Positions 11,741 to 24,110 of a DNA stretch of 64,000 nt are shown here, piece after piece. The stretch covers positions 55,278,515 through 55,342,514 of the forward strand of contig MU057357.1 of assembly GCA_013239625.1 (NCBI GenBank), given 5' to 3'. Position numbers and translations under genes: made by a program. Position 1 is the stretch's first letter. Every line of letters begins with the position of its first letter. The stretch is from Lama guanicoe. Lineage: Eukaryota. The notes beneath the pieces are model-generated. The model did no database searches. It had not been told where the DNA came from and saw nothing but the letters and a program-made list of their open reading frames with translations.

Positions 11741-14099
11741 GTAGGAAGGGCTGCTTAGTGAGACTTTCTTTTGCCCAACAATTGACACCTAAGGAACAAC
11801 CTAAAACCTAAGGAGATTTTTAGCATTTTTTAAACTTTTATTTTAAAGAGAACTTCAAGCAATAGGGAGCAGACCCTTCCCCCAGGCATAATAATTGTGG
11901 CAGAATTAGATGAATTGCCAGCAGTCTCTGCTGCACATCTCCAGGTTCCCCTTCTCCTGTCCCTTTTCACTAAGATAGCTCAATGCCCACTGAATACTGT
12001 TTCTTTCCTCAATATTTCTGAAAACTGAAGGCTTGCTGGAGCAATACATGGCGGCAGGTCAAGAAGGGACAAGGTGTCGTGGGGTGGGGGCTCATGGTTA
12101 GCAGACGGGGCCAAAGAGAGAAAACTGCAGCTCTCCAAGGAAGTAATGGAGGGGATTGAAACAACGTTGCACATTGTTCCCAAACCCTCTTCTCTTTCCT
12201 GAGGACCTGCTTTGTTAGCAGAGGCTCCCAAAGCATAAAAGTGTATGGAAACAGTTTAGAGCCATCACCTGGTCAGCCCTATCACACTGAACACAACAGG
12301 TGTCATTTGACACCAACCACGTCTCCTCTCTTTTGACCATGCATTTCAGAAAATTTAGGTGTCCCCAAAAGACTCTTAGTGCATACACCATGGCCTTTCC
12401 CCACTCAGGTCCCTCACCTGACACCAGGTGTCAATCAGAGCACAGCTGGGCCTACATGGGTTTTTACAGTGTGCTTAGAGTACTGCTTGGTACACAGTAA
12501 ATAAACAGTAAATGATATAAATCAGTAAAGGTGGAAAGAAAGTTACCCAGGCTTTATCCTACATGGGAATAAACCTAGTCATCCTATTTCCACTCTGGAC
12601 AAGAGAATGCAAGAGACATCACAACAGTAGGCTCTAAAGTAAGATGTAACTTGGAAAAGTGAAAAGACCACCCATGAGTGGTGGCAAATAGAATGTCTTT
12701 ATTCTGATAAAATTTTATAAGAGTGTGACACCAAAGCACCTGCCAGGAAAGTAAGTAATTATCTATTATAATTTCTTTTTTACTGTTCTAATAAATAGCC
12801 TACTCATAACTGAGCTCAAATAAATATTTAAATTACATTTTCATCTAGTTACTTTTGGTTTGGAATTTTCTTTTTTAATTCATGTGAACTTTAATTATAT
12901 TTTTGAATATTTTTCAAATAGTAAACCAACTGTTACAGGACTATTTAATGATTCTTTAAAAATAAAATTTGATGTGAAATGCCAAGTTTAAGATATGCTG
13001 AATCTATTTCTGGGTCTTCTGCTCTGGTTAACTTTTCTGTCTATTATGATAGTATTATTTTAAGTACATAATCTCTTAATTTTACAAGTTGCTTTAGTAA
13101 TTGGCCCTTATGGTAGCTTATCTAGCGGGATATGTTTTTTAATGTGCCCTTGTCTTGCCTGTTTTTCTCACTCCCTGACCTTAATGTAGAGGACAAGTCT
13201 TAATCATCTTTAAAACCATATTTAGTGCCTTGCACATATATATAGTACTGAACTAAATTTTGGAAAATCTAAGTAAATAATGTAAAATGTAAGTAAAATA
13301 AATATGTTATACATATATACATATATTTATATATATATAAATTTTCTATAATGTGGAATTTCATAGGCATATATGAAATAGGTAATGTTATTTCCTTATG
13401 AAGACTTACACAAAGGTATAAAAACTTGTATAAACTAGGTATGTAATACTAGTTCTTTGAGTATCAGGCAAAAATAAAATATCATGGATAAGATGTTATA
13501 TTCTAGGAAGCATATTTGTTACTGCTCTATATGAGCACATAGTTAAGAAGTCCTTGGGTTTCAGTGTACAGTTCATTAAAAAAACAAAGATACAATTGAC
13601 TCTGCTTCTGATGGAAAAGTGGTGAATAAAGCAAAAACCCAAAGCCGAGGCTTTCTGTTTCAAAACAAAAGCAACATCTACCTACTCTTGTTGACCCGAT
13701 GTTCCAGTGTTACTTATTCTTAGCCTTGGATGAATATTTCTGATCATTGCTTTCTGCCTCTCAATTCATTTTGCCTCTCAGTTTGGCAGTTAAATGACTA
13801 TCTTATTTAATTAGCTAACTCTCTAGTCTAGCACTGCATAGGTGATAATCATTCCCTCCTCTTCCCAGGTTTCTGTCTATTGAAATGAAGTTCCCATCTC
13901 TCAGAAATACTGGGAAAACTTCTCTCACCCAGTCTTGCTTACGTGACCAGGAAGATCAGGAGAAAACTGGGTGATTTATCAGGAGTTGCAGGTTTTCGTC
14001 CTGCTGCCCTTCCTTTGCTGTATGGTAAGAGGCCCACCCTGGACAGGGCTACCTGCAGTGCCTAGAGCTGCGTATAGCTGGTGAAACAAGCCCATGGGG

Positions 14100-14990
14100 G
14101 AGCATGAAGCAACTGCTATTCCAATCTGCTCAAGCAGCCGCAGCCACATCACCTTGACCTATGTCACATGGTTTCAGTTTTCCAGACCATTTACCCATTT
14201 ACTCTCTGATAATGGTGCAAGTTTTGTCACAAAGGCCACCCAGCATTAAGCCAACAGTCAAGGTATTTGTTGGGCATTTCATGCCTCTTTTCATCTTTGA
14301 AGGCTGGTGTCATTAAGAAGTGGCATGATCCTTGTAAAAATACTCCGAAAAAGATTTTTGACTTCACCTCCCCCACCTCCTGATCCACACACCTTACTAA
14401 AGGCAGTTTGGTCACTAAAATATGGCAGTTCCCCCAAACAGTTCATCTCTTCTTGGCCATTTCCCAGGTAATGATCAGGATCACAGGGTTGAGAAGTTAT
14501 GTAGACCTGTTTTGAAACTTTGGGATTCCCTCCTACCAGTCATGATGCTTCTTTTGTCCCCCCAACAACAGCCTTAGGCCAGCCTGGCAGGGACTCTCTG
14601 GGTGGCAGCATGGCCAAAAGGTAGCCTTTGGAATTCAGACGTAACTGGTTCAGCCACCTGAATTCTAGTATTGGGTTTATCTGGTCCTGAGGTCATGAAG
14701 TAATAATCACTAGATTGAGTACACTGATGCCTGAGTCTGTGACAGAGACCCATGTGAGGCAAGGTGAGGGGTATTAATGCATCTCAATAAATTTTATCAA
14801 AATGCCCCTATCCCTCTTGCATCTGAAACTGTGGGTGGAAGATCTGGATGCATGGAGATGATAATTAGAGACAAGGTGTATTTATAGTTACTGGAACATG
14901 ATACACTAATTTACAAATTTTATGGGAGTTTAAGGAGAGTAACAATGCCAGCATCTGGGGAGGGATGACCTTAGAACTCAGGAGGTACAG
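14100..14990 (+). pseudogene. pol: Decayed ERVL (class III) pol integrase
   Basis: Manual translation from ~14200: LSDNGASFVTKATQH*ANSQGICWAFHASFHL*(frameshift)AGVIKKWH, which aligns to the ERVL integrase core SDQGxHFTAKxVxQWAxxHGIxWxYHxPxHPxAAGLIERWN; preceded by LCHM-FSFPDHL; C-terminal GWKIW...QHLGRDDLR; stops and frameshifts present. Confidence 0.8.
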
Positions 14991-15029
14991 AAGAGGGAGG
15001 GACATTAATGATCTTTTGTCTTTCCAAGC

Positions 15030-16196
15030 CAGTCTGGAGCCTTCTTCATCAAAAAAGAAAAGCATCCCAGTACTCTCTCCCAAAGGGTGGTAAGCAGCTT
15101 GCATTTAAATGACTCCCAGATCTGCTAGTCCCCACCAAACGCTGGTGAACCTGACTTGATCTCCAGTCTCTCTGACTTCATAGAGAAGTCAATCAGAATC
15201 ATTAGAGGGTGGCCTCAGCTCCTGCAACTCCCAAGCAAAATGCCTTTCAGCACCTCTAAATATCTTCCTCCCTCCATTCCCCTCTCTCTCACTGGGTTGT
15301 TCCATGGGATGGATTACTGGCAGACTTTTGGTCAGACTGACTGCCCTCAGGCAAGCCTTCTAAAGACACAGGCTGAACTGCAATTGGGGAATCTAAGGTT
15401 TACCAGCTGAACAGGAGGCCATAGCAAAAGTACCATTAGCGCATGTCCCCTGACTGATATAGATCTTGCTTGGAATAAACAACAATTACAATGAACGCTT
15501 TCCTTTCAGGGGCACCATGTTTCCTTTCTGGGACTGTACTATTTCTGTGGAAGCCAGACATTAACTTGTCTGGAAATTGCTTTAATTTGTCCCTAAGGAC
15601 TGGTCATAGGAGCCCTTTAAGTGTTTAAGGAAACACTACCAGTGGATCATGTAGCTCTCAGATGACGGTGTAGACCTCTCAGGATGGGCACCCTTAGTTA
15701 CCTGGGGAGCTCCCAGGAGGGACAAATGACTGACTCACGGTATGCGTACTCACTGGGTGATTATCCCTACACTAGGAGCCATCTGATTAGAAAAGGTGGT
15801 AAGAAATGTGTTCCTGACTTCAGCTGAAGTTGTCAATGATATCACTTTGGACGCAGAACGTAATTAAGTCAGTTTCAGCTCACTGGCTAGGACTGTCGTG
15901 AAAGATAGCATTGTCCTACACACCCTTGCTTCAGACCAGGATGGAAGCAGTGAAATCCCTAATATATCTCTGTACCTGAAGTGATTCCTCTGGAAAAAGG
16001 AAAGGTTAATGCAGAGGCTTAAAGAGAAAGTCATACGTCTTTCTAAAGTATATACCCTGGTCTTTATGAAATTTGTCCAGCTGGCTGAGTCTGGGACCCT
16101 AGGGGGTCATGGTTGAGGTCAGTGCCACAGGTTGGCTCCACCATTCTGCTTGGAGTCTTGTTGATCGTGGCTTTACTTAAATGTTCTATGAGATAA
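15030..16196 (+). pseudogene. env: Decayed gamma-type retroviral env (SU+TM)
   Basis: SU-like LSQRVVSSLHLNDSQIC (degenerate CWIC) and GLYYFCGSQ. TM 15754-15990: WVIIPTLGAI*LEKVVRNV...SSLARTVVKDSIVLHTLASDQDGSSEIPNIS(fs)CT*SDSSGK, matching the immunosuppressive domain plus CX6CC layout. Membrane anchor SWLRSVPQVGSTILLGVLLIVALLKC. Confidence 0.8.
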
Positions 16197-16309
16197 ATTG
16201 AACCCATATAGGTCCACTTTCTTGATGAGATTAATCAGCGACCCACTGACTGGAATATTCATGTGACAATTCGAATATAGCTAGAACATGTAGGGTTAAG
16301 GGGCGGAGG

Positions 16310-16692
16310 GCTGGGAGAAGCAGTCTGCCAGGACTCTGGGCGGCCCTGTGTGTTCTTGCTGAGTGTGCCAGACTGCAGAGTGTATCCATTTCCTGATACT
16401 GAGCAGTTTTTCTAGCTAGTCACATAAGCAACTAAGTAGGCCAAGTCCACCAGACTGTGACAACCACAGGGCTGCTTGCCCTCCAGCGGAGGAGGGATCT
16501 GCTTTTCTGCCATTTGCTGTGATATTCACCGCTGGCTCAGAAAGTACTTGGTCCTGGGTTCCTCAGCTGTGAAACCAACCCACTGCATGCGCAGCATCCA
16601 CCTGGGCTCACTGCGCGGCCCTAGTGGGACAGACAAACACGCTGATGCGCATGCGGCTTTCCGTGCCGTGTGTAATGAGGTCCTTTGCTTCC
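16310..16692 (+). mobile_element. 3' LTR of the provirus, LTR40-family (LTR40c-like, ERVL), 3' end truncated
   Basis: Preceded by a polypurine tract AAGGGGCGGAGGG (16298-16310); contains GGGTTCCTCAGCTGTGAAACCAACCCACTGCATGCGCAGCATCCACCTGGGC and TGCCGTGTGTAATGAGGTCCTTTG, characteristic of LTR40. Confidence 0.8.
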
Positions 16693-17234
16693 TTTCAGCC
16701 CTCTCTGTAGTCTGTTGGGTCAGGATTGCACAAAATACTGCACATTCACCCCGATTTTAAGAAGTTATTTTTAAAATATTTTAGTTATTAAATCCACCGC
16801 TTTTGTACACATACCTATAGATTACGACTTTCCACATGCACGTGTATTCCAATTGCTGAATGGACTTCTTAGGGAAGTTGTCCATTCTTCTCAGGATTCC
16901 ATCTGTTAGTCCTTGAAAGTACACAGAAGGCCCCCCTTTGGAGCTTTATACATCTCGATCTGCCTATTTTCTCTGTCTATACTCGCTTTTTGTCAACTTT
17001 AAAGAAAAGCTACTTCTTATCCTCATGTATCAAAATCTGATTTGGCAATGAACTTTTGTAACTTGGGAACTACACAGAAGTTTATTAAGACACAGAAAAA
17101 CTCAAAAGATGTATAATGGAAAATTTATCATGTGTAATTATTTTATATTATAGCCTATTTATATTTAATGTTTTAAACAGGTTAGGAACATGTGAAATAT
17201 TGGCAAGCATTCCTCTAGTTGGAAACATGGTTTC

Positions 17235-17400
17235 AAGTGGAACTGGTCCAGATTTCAACCTCAACACCATTACTCGTCAGTATGTGCACATGGATAAACT
17301 CCTTAACCCCCTCCATCTTGGATTATTCATCAATGAAACATGGATAACACCTAGGTTGGATGCTACCTAAACGGCCCCATGCATAGTAGCTGGCACTTAC
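17235..17400 (+). mobile_element. MIR SINE
   Basis: Degenerate MIR core (TATGTGCACATGGATAAACTCCTTAACC...ATCATCAATGAAACATGGATAA). Confidence 0.55.
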
Positions 17401-19184
17401 TTATCAAGCAGAGTATATTTGAACTTGTATTATCTGATAAGAAATTTAGCATAAAATTTATCATGAGACTATGGTGGAATAAAATCTCTCCTTTATCATT
17501 ACTCACTTGACTACTTCTCCAACAGTGTGAAACATCTGCTAGACAATCTGGAAATACAGAATTTTTGAAAATAAGGACAATGGAAGAAAATAAAGAAAAA
17601 TCTATGTGACTGACAAGCAAAACAAGTAACATCATATCAGAAATAGCTTTGCAGTAAATGTACTGATTGGATTTTTAGCTACAACTGGCACTTTTCAGTT
17701 AAATGGAAACACTTATAACCATTTCCTTAGAGATATCCCGCAAGCCTGTACCCCTCAGTATAATGTTCACTAACCTTCTTAGGTGCCACATGCTGTGTTG
17801 TGCTGTTTTTCATGTATTATTTTTCACTGTGTCTGAAAAACCACCCTTTGGATTAGGTATCATTTTCACTATTGAATAAATAAAACCGATGCTCAAAAAG
17901 TAAAATGTCTTGAGAAAAATTATAGCTAACAAAATTCTACCCATCCAAATTTTTACATAGCCCTCATAATCTTAAAATCTCTCTTACAAGTATAAAAGCT
18001 TTAAAAAAAAACTTTAATATAGAATGCATAGAAATGCTCAGATACTATCACAACTCTTAGATTTTGTAAACTTTCTTTGTGTTCTTTCCAATTTCTTCCC
18101 CTGCAGCTCAAAAATAATACTTCAAATAGAAAAATTTTCTGTAGCAAGAACACTTAGTCATATACAAAATAATCAGCATTGTTTACTCATTTTGTATTAC
18201 ACTTCAGCTCAAATTCACTATTAATCTGGACTACATTTCCATGCCACAATATAGTCTTCATTTCTATAGGCATCTTGTTAACGAGATGCTCTAATTAAAT
18301 GTTCTCATTCTGAATTCAAATCATAACAGAGAAAAGTCAGCATACCCTCAATGTAAAAGCACACGTTTTAGTGGCCAGAATTTAAATCCTAGGCTTTTGA
18401 AGTTATGATTATAGAGATACAATCATTTAGTTCAAGAATGCAGGATAAAATCATGACTAAGAGCTTGTGATCCAGATTTTCTTAGTTTTTCTCTGAAGCT
18501 CTCTGCTCAAAACCACTAGGGAGGTACACAACTGCAAAGCTGGCAGTATTAACAGAAACTGTACAAGAGATACCAGAACCAAGTCGCAGCAGGGACCAGA
18601 ACAGCAGGCAGCCACGGCTCTGCTCTCCCCACAAGCCACACAGAATCATGCCTCCCCACACGGCCACCCCTCTTCTGTCCCCACCAGCACTGTCTATAGA
18701 CAAGAAGACCAGAGGCACAGGACAGCTGAAAAGCTGATGTCAAAAATGAAAAACCAAAACCCCTTTAAAACCCTGATAACATCACACCATGGGTAATGGG
18801 TTCTTTCATCAAAGATGCATATGAATAGAAATACGTTAGCCCTGACTCTGAACTACAGTCAGAATCAAACAGAGCGGAGAAAACCCCAAAGCAGCAGCCT
18901 ACAGCTCCAAACTACATTAACACGAGCCAAGAAACTGGGGCTAAGGCTAATCTGGGGGGTTCTGTTTTGTTTTAGTTTTAGGTATAATATAAAAGGGAGA
19001 ATATTCCAAGAGCCTAGGAAAATTGTGACAGGTAAGCCAATTCCTTCCTGGTATCAAAAGCTAACAACTGATCTATGTGTTCCCTTTTAAAGTTGGGTAA
19101 ACAGAAGCAAATAAATAAAAACTATGGGATTTATAAATACTCCTAAAATTAAGAATAAATTTACTAACACTTAGAGTTACTATT

Positions 19185-19465
19185 ATTGTTATTCTTACTA
19201 AGTTCTCACTATTTGCCAATTATTCTTTTAAATATTTAACTCAATATATCCACTCATTTAATCCTAACGACAACCCGCTGTAGTCAGTTGCATTTTATTT
19301 CTACCTTAGAGGTCAGGAAAATGAATCCAAGTAACTGGCCAAGTAACTTACCAACTTAAGCTTAAGGTAAGTGACTTGTCCTGGGTCATGCAGTGAACAC
19401 AAGTGGGTAAAAGTGGGATTTAAACTCAGGCATCTGCTCCAGAGTACACAGGCTTAACACTCACT
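19185..19465 (-). mobile_element. MIR SINE
   Basis: CTCATTTAATCCTAACGACAACCC...GGTAAGTGACTTGTCCTGGGTCATGCAG...GGGATTTAAACTCAGGCA. Confidence 0.8.
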
Positions 19466-19669
19466 TTATCTTGTACATCTCAGGCTTTTAAAAAGGTGAG
19501 AATGTCTGTGATAGATTCTAAAACACTACTGGGTACCTCCTTCAAGTCAGGTGGGAGCCAGGTAGGTAGAAAGCTCTTGGGGACAAAAAGGTCATAGGAG
19601 CTTGCTCCTCTGATGAGAATGATACCAAGTGTCCTGCTTTGCCATCTTCCAGTTTGGCTTTGTATTTTT

Positions 19670-20060
19670 TACCTAAAACATAGTCTATACAAACAAGTAA
19701 AAACTTCCTCTAAAGGCACTACGGAAAAGCACAACAGTAAAAAAATTTTTCTATTAGAATTCAAAATACCTTTCTGAAAATAATTGGTGTTATCGAAGAG
19801 CATCAAACTCTATGAAAGAAGAAAATAGGCCAAGCTAGGATGAACAAGATGTTATAAAGAAGTAGGCAGAAATCAGAGGAAAAGCAAAATATCCTAAATA
19901 CTGAAGCTCAGTTAAAATCCATGTTGAAGGCAATAAAAAGTGGAATTCAAAACTGAAAATTAATGATGGAGAGGAAACACGTAAGTACTCTGAAAACAGA
20001 GAAGAAAGTCACGGGAAGAAAAGCTACAATAAATATGGTAGATGTGAGGGGAATAGAATG
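19670..20060 (+). mobile_element. Old L1/HAL1-like ORF1-region fragment
   Basis: Very A-rich, decayed coiled-coil-coding-like sequence typical of L1M/HAL1 ORF1; weak. Confidence 0.4.
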
Positions 20061-20439
20061 GGGGACAAACCAGTGCATCCATTTCCATTCCTTCATTCAA
20101 TAAATATTTATTTTTTTCCTAGGACTGCTCAAAACCTGAAACCTCTTGCCTCTAAAATCATGTCCATATTTTCGTAGAAAACTGACCTCCTACCCTCATT
20201 TTGTTTGATTTTTGGCGAAATTCCAAGGGTTCTTGTAGAAAAATCTAGAACACACTAAGCTGTGTTCAAAGTTATGGACAGTAAACTTTCCAGAGCTGGG
20301 GGATGGGGAGCACCTAAACCTAGAGATCAAAATAAGTCACCAAAGACTAGACAAACATAACACACGTGAAACAACATGTACATATTTTCTTGACCTTTTT
20401 TTGAGTTTCAAGGGCAATGAAAACAAGCTTTTTACTGTG

Positions 20440-20760
20440 GAGCCCAGACATGTGCACTGCTAATCTCCCTGCCACTTTCAAGACTCGGTGCACATGTCAC
20501 TTTTTTGTTGACTCTGTCCTGACTATCCTGTTGAAAACTACAACCTACCTCCAACTCAACCCCACTCTGCCCCATTTTTATTTATGCTTCATGGTTAGCA
20601 CGTACTAATGTACTATATAATTTCTAATATATGATGACTAGACTGTAGACTCCATGAGGGATTGGAATTTTTTATGCTATTCAGTGATGAGTCCCCAAAA
20701 CAAAAAACAGTGCCTGACACTTACTACATATCAATTAAGTGTTAGTTTTATTAAGGAGTG
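20440..20760 (+). mobile_element. L2 LINE 3' end
   Basis: CTAGACTGTAGACTCCATGAGGG...AACAGTGCCTGACAC. Confidence 0.75.
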
Positions 20761-21299
20761 AAATGCCCAGGAAGAAGACAGCAGCAAGATACACAAACAG
20801 GAAGAAATATCAGACCCCAAGAACCTACCCTTGGAGCAGAACCAGAAAAGTGGTTGGAATGGTAGATGGGGGTCAAATAATGAAGAAGAGAATTTTATTC
20901 TAAAAATTCTGGAGACAATTCTAGAGACAATAGGATTTAGATGTTTAACTTATTCGAGGGAAGAGAAGAGTGGGTGTTTGAATCCAACAAGCAAAGCCTT
21001 GTAAACATCTAGGACCTGATTACACTATCGGCTTCTCTACCCATCTCCTTCTTCTACGCCACCCTCCCACAAACTTGTAAAATCATACATACAGTCCTCA
21101 AAGACTCCAATCTTACATAGTCAGCCCTGTTTCTTTCCCACCCTGACATACACATATGTGCACGCACATGCACATGCACACTCACATGCATCTGCCGCGC
21201 ACACGGGCTGTTCCTCAGCCACAACAATCCTGCTTACCATGCACCAAATGGAAGCTATATGGTTAAACTTCAAAGATTCCTAGACCAAAGGCTCAACAC

Positions 21300-22070
21300 T
21301 TTAATTATCTGAACTCTTCCCAAATACATCTAAAATTCAGGGCAATCTCAATAAAAATCTCAACAAGTTGGGTTTGTTTTTTTTTTTGGTAGAATTTGTC
21401 AAGTTGATTCTAAAGTCCATCTGGAAGAAAAACTGTGCAAGAACAGCCAAGATATTTTTGGGAAAAGTGGAATAATAAGGGAAGGCTAGTCTTTCTTGAT
21501 ATCAAAACATACAGAAGGTTGCAATGATTAATATAGTGTGGTTTCAGTACAGGAATAAGTCAATGAAAAAGAATAAAGCCGTGAACAGTGGACACTGAGC
21601 ATCAAGATAAATGAACTATGACATTTGTTGCAACTTCATTTAATGTTAAAGTAGAGGCAACCTATATGTTCAACCTAAGGGGGATGGTTAAATAAATCAT
21701 CATGTATATCATAAAATATGGTATACTGGGAAGAATGCCCATAATAGATTATTCAGGAAAAAATGCAAGTTATAGTATGATATGTGTATACATGTATATA
21801 TGTATGAATCTATGTACATAGACATATACATATAAAATATGCTCCGATTTTTATAAAATAATAACACCAAAGGTAGGAACAACAACAAAACTAAATATAT
21901 TTGAATTATATAAATATATATACATAGACAGGGCTAAAACCATCAAACAACACACTAAACTGTAAACAATGCGGTTTGGAAGGAGGGATTTCCTTTTTTA
22001 TTTTACAGAGTTCTGTGTTATTGGATATTTTCAACAAGGAACATATTTTCAGGTTTTACTTTTATAATTA
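21300..22070 (+). mobile_element. L1ME-class ORF2 end/3'UTR fragments
   Basis: AAATTCAGGGCAATCTCAATAAAAATCTCAAC...AAGTTGATTCTAAAGTCCATCTGGAAG...CAAGAACAGCCAAGA. Confidence 0.7.
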
Positions 22071-23186
22071 AACGTGTATCTGTACATAGATCATGATATT
22101 AAATTTCAGGCTTATTGAAAAATGTCCATTATGTAATTTAAGTCTTACATCAACTGTGTGAAATCCAATCACACACGTTAAGATTCAGTTTTATAAATGA
22201 GAAAAGAGGTTAAAAGATGCCCCATAGAATGTAATTGGAATGCGTGGGCACCGAAAAGGTGACCGCTGCCTTTCTATGCCAAGCAACCAGAACACCAGGT
22301 GATGCAGAGCAAGTCTCTGTAGGTGCTCAGTAATGCAAATTACAGACATTACTTCTAGAGGCCAGGGATCTAAACAACCAGGTAGAGGCTTTTCCTTCTC
22401 CCATACCGCGAGCAGGTGAGACCTTTGCTAGAGACAACTCAGCAGGCTACATGCCACAGTCTCTGGTCAGCCATGTTCCAAGAAAATGGGCTGGAGACGG
22501 GTCTAGAACAGAATAGACGCAGCCAGCTGTAGCAGCAAACACTGAAGCAAGTATTTTGAAAAGACTTTTCTGCCTTTGAAAGAATAGTTTACACAAATGA
22601 ATTTATTGCTCCCCCTGAAAATATATTTGATGGCTCTTAAGTGTCCTTCTAAATGTACAGTAATAAACAGCGATAAAATTAACAAGATATTCAGTTGATA
22701 ACCCAGGTAACTTACTTTAAATGGTGCCTGCATAAAGCCATTCAATTCTGTGATATACCATCTTTTTTTTTGTCATTATTATCACAAAGGAAACTTGGAA
22801 GCATGATTTGAATTCAGTGACTCAAAAATTACAGAGCAACACAGATTTCCATATTAGCTTTTCAAATGTTGAATGCTCTGCCTGCTTTGGACGGAAAAAC
22901 ACGACCCACGAACATCAACTGAGTGACGACTAAAAGGCGTCATTCATTGAGCCAAGTGGTTAGCGTTTAAAAGACACAAAACAAATAACTGTTTCAATGT
23001 ACCAGTGAAATCACTGACAGAAAACAATAAAGACAGCTAATTGGGGTACTTTTTCAGACAACATAATTGGAAAAACTGCGTATTTCACTTTTGTATGAAG
23101 ATACAGTACAGGATATTTTATATCTGCAGAAATCCACAGATGTTCTACTGAGTATCTACCTGGTTTGGCATCTCTTCTTTTCTTAC

Positions 23187-23593
23187 CGTATATGCCATTC
23201 CTAAAATGAGTCCCCTTTCTGCAGATCTTGTACCTTAAAGATGGACTTCAATTTCTTCAGATAACCTCACACGATTATGGAATTCAGCACTACATTGCAA
23301 TCTTTGTTAAGACATTCAACATAGTCTGCTGTTTAATCCATCACCCATGTTATGCAAGTGATAGTAGGAGAAATGTCAATGGAAAAAGTCTGCAGTTAGT
23401 AGAAAACAGCAATGGCCTAGGGTTTTGTGAATTAGTCTGCAGGATATTCCAAAGGATGCCCGTCTCTTAGAGTTTGAGTTACTGTCATTCACACTCCATT
23501 GGGGAAATCCAATTCCTCCAAATCCAATTTCCCAGGTAGAAATCCAATTATCTAAGTCTTTCCTTACTCTGTAATGATGTGTTGGGCTCCACA
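23187..23593 (-). other. Candidate exon (mostly 5'UTR) ending in a putative start ATG GCA TAT ACG (M-A-Y-T, 23198-23187)
   Basis: Minus strand: acceptor ttttcttttatcctccctgttaaatcag|TG; donor ACG|GTAAGA; Kozak GGAATGG with an in-frame TAA 13 codons upstream. Gene not recognised. Confidence 0.35.
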
Positions 23594-24029
23594 CTGATTT
23601 AACAGGGAGGATAAAAGAAAAACACCTCATGAGGAAATCCAAAAATAAGACATCAGGTTTTATGACTCCAAAAATGCCTGCTTTTCAAGTGTCTTTAGGA
23701 TAAAAATACCACTCATAATCTATTTCATCTAGACAGGTAGCAAATCAATATTATAAAGAATTTAAAAGAAAAGACTTGAACCCTATTAGACTGGCACTGG
23801 TATACTAAATTAAAAAGCCCTTAAGAAGCTAAAAATCTTGAAAATTTTTAAATAGTAAAAAAGTTACACCTGATGATAGTAAAAAACCAAACAAACTGAG
23901 TTTTAGCATTTAAACTTTTTAAAACATTTATAAAAAGAAGTATAATAAAGAATATTATTATATTAGAATAGTGAAATAGCCATAGGGAATTAATTTCAAG
24001 TACTGATTGCCTACTGAATGAGAAGCGCT

Positions 24030-24110
24030 ATGTGTATATATATATATATATGCACACACATATATATAAATACACACACAGATATATATACATATTCATG
24101 CATATATATG
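24030..24110 (+). repeat. (TA)n/(CA)n compound microsatellite
   Basis: Directly visible. Confidence 0.8.

Noticed and set aside
15030-16196. Domesticated syncytin-like env gene
   Set aside because: Multiple stops and frameshifts, and loss of the CWIC and CX6CC cysteines
18457-18743. Three overlapping minus ORFs in a GC-richer patch
   Set aside because: Overlap reflects stop-poor composition; no recognisable product, likely an old repeat (L1 5'-like) remnant
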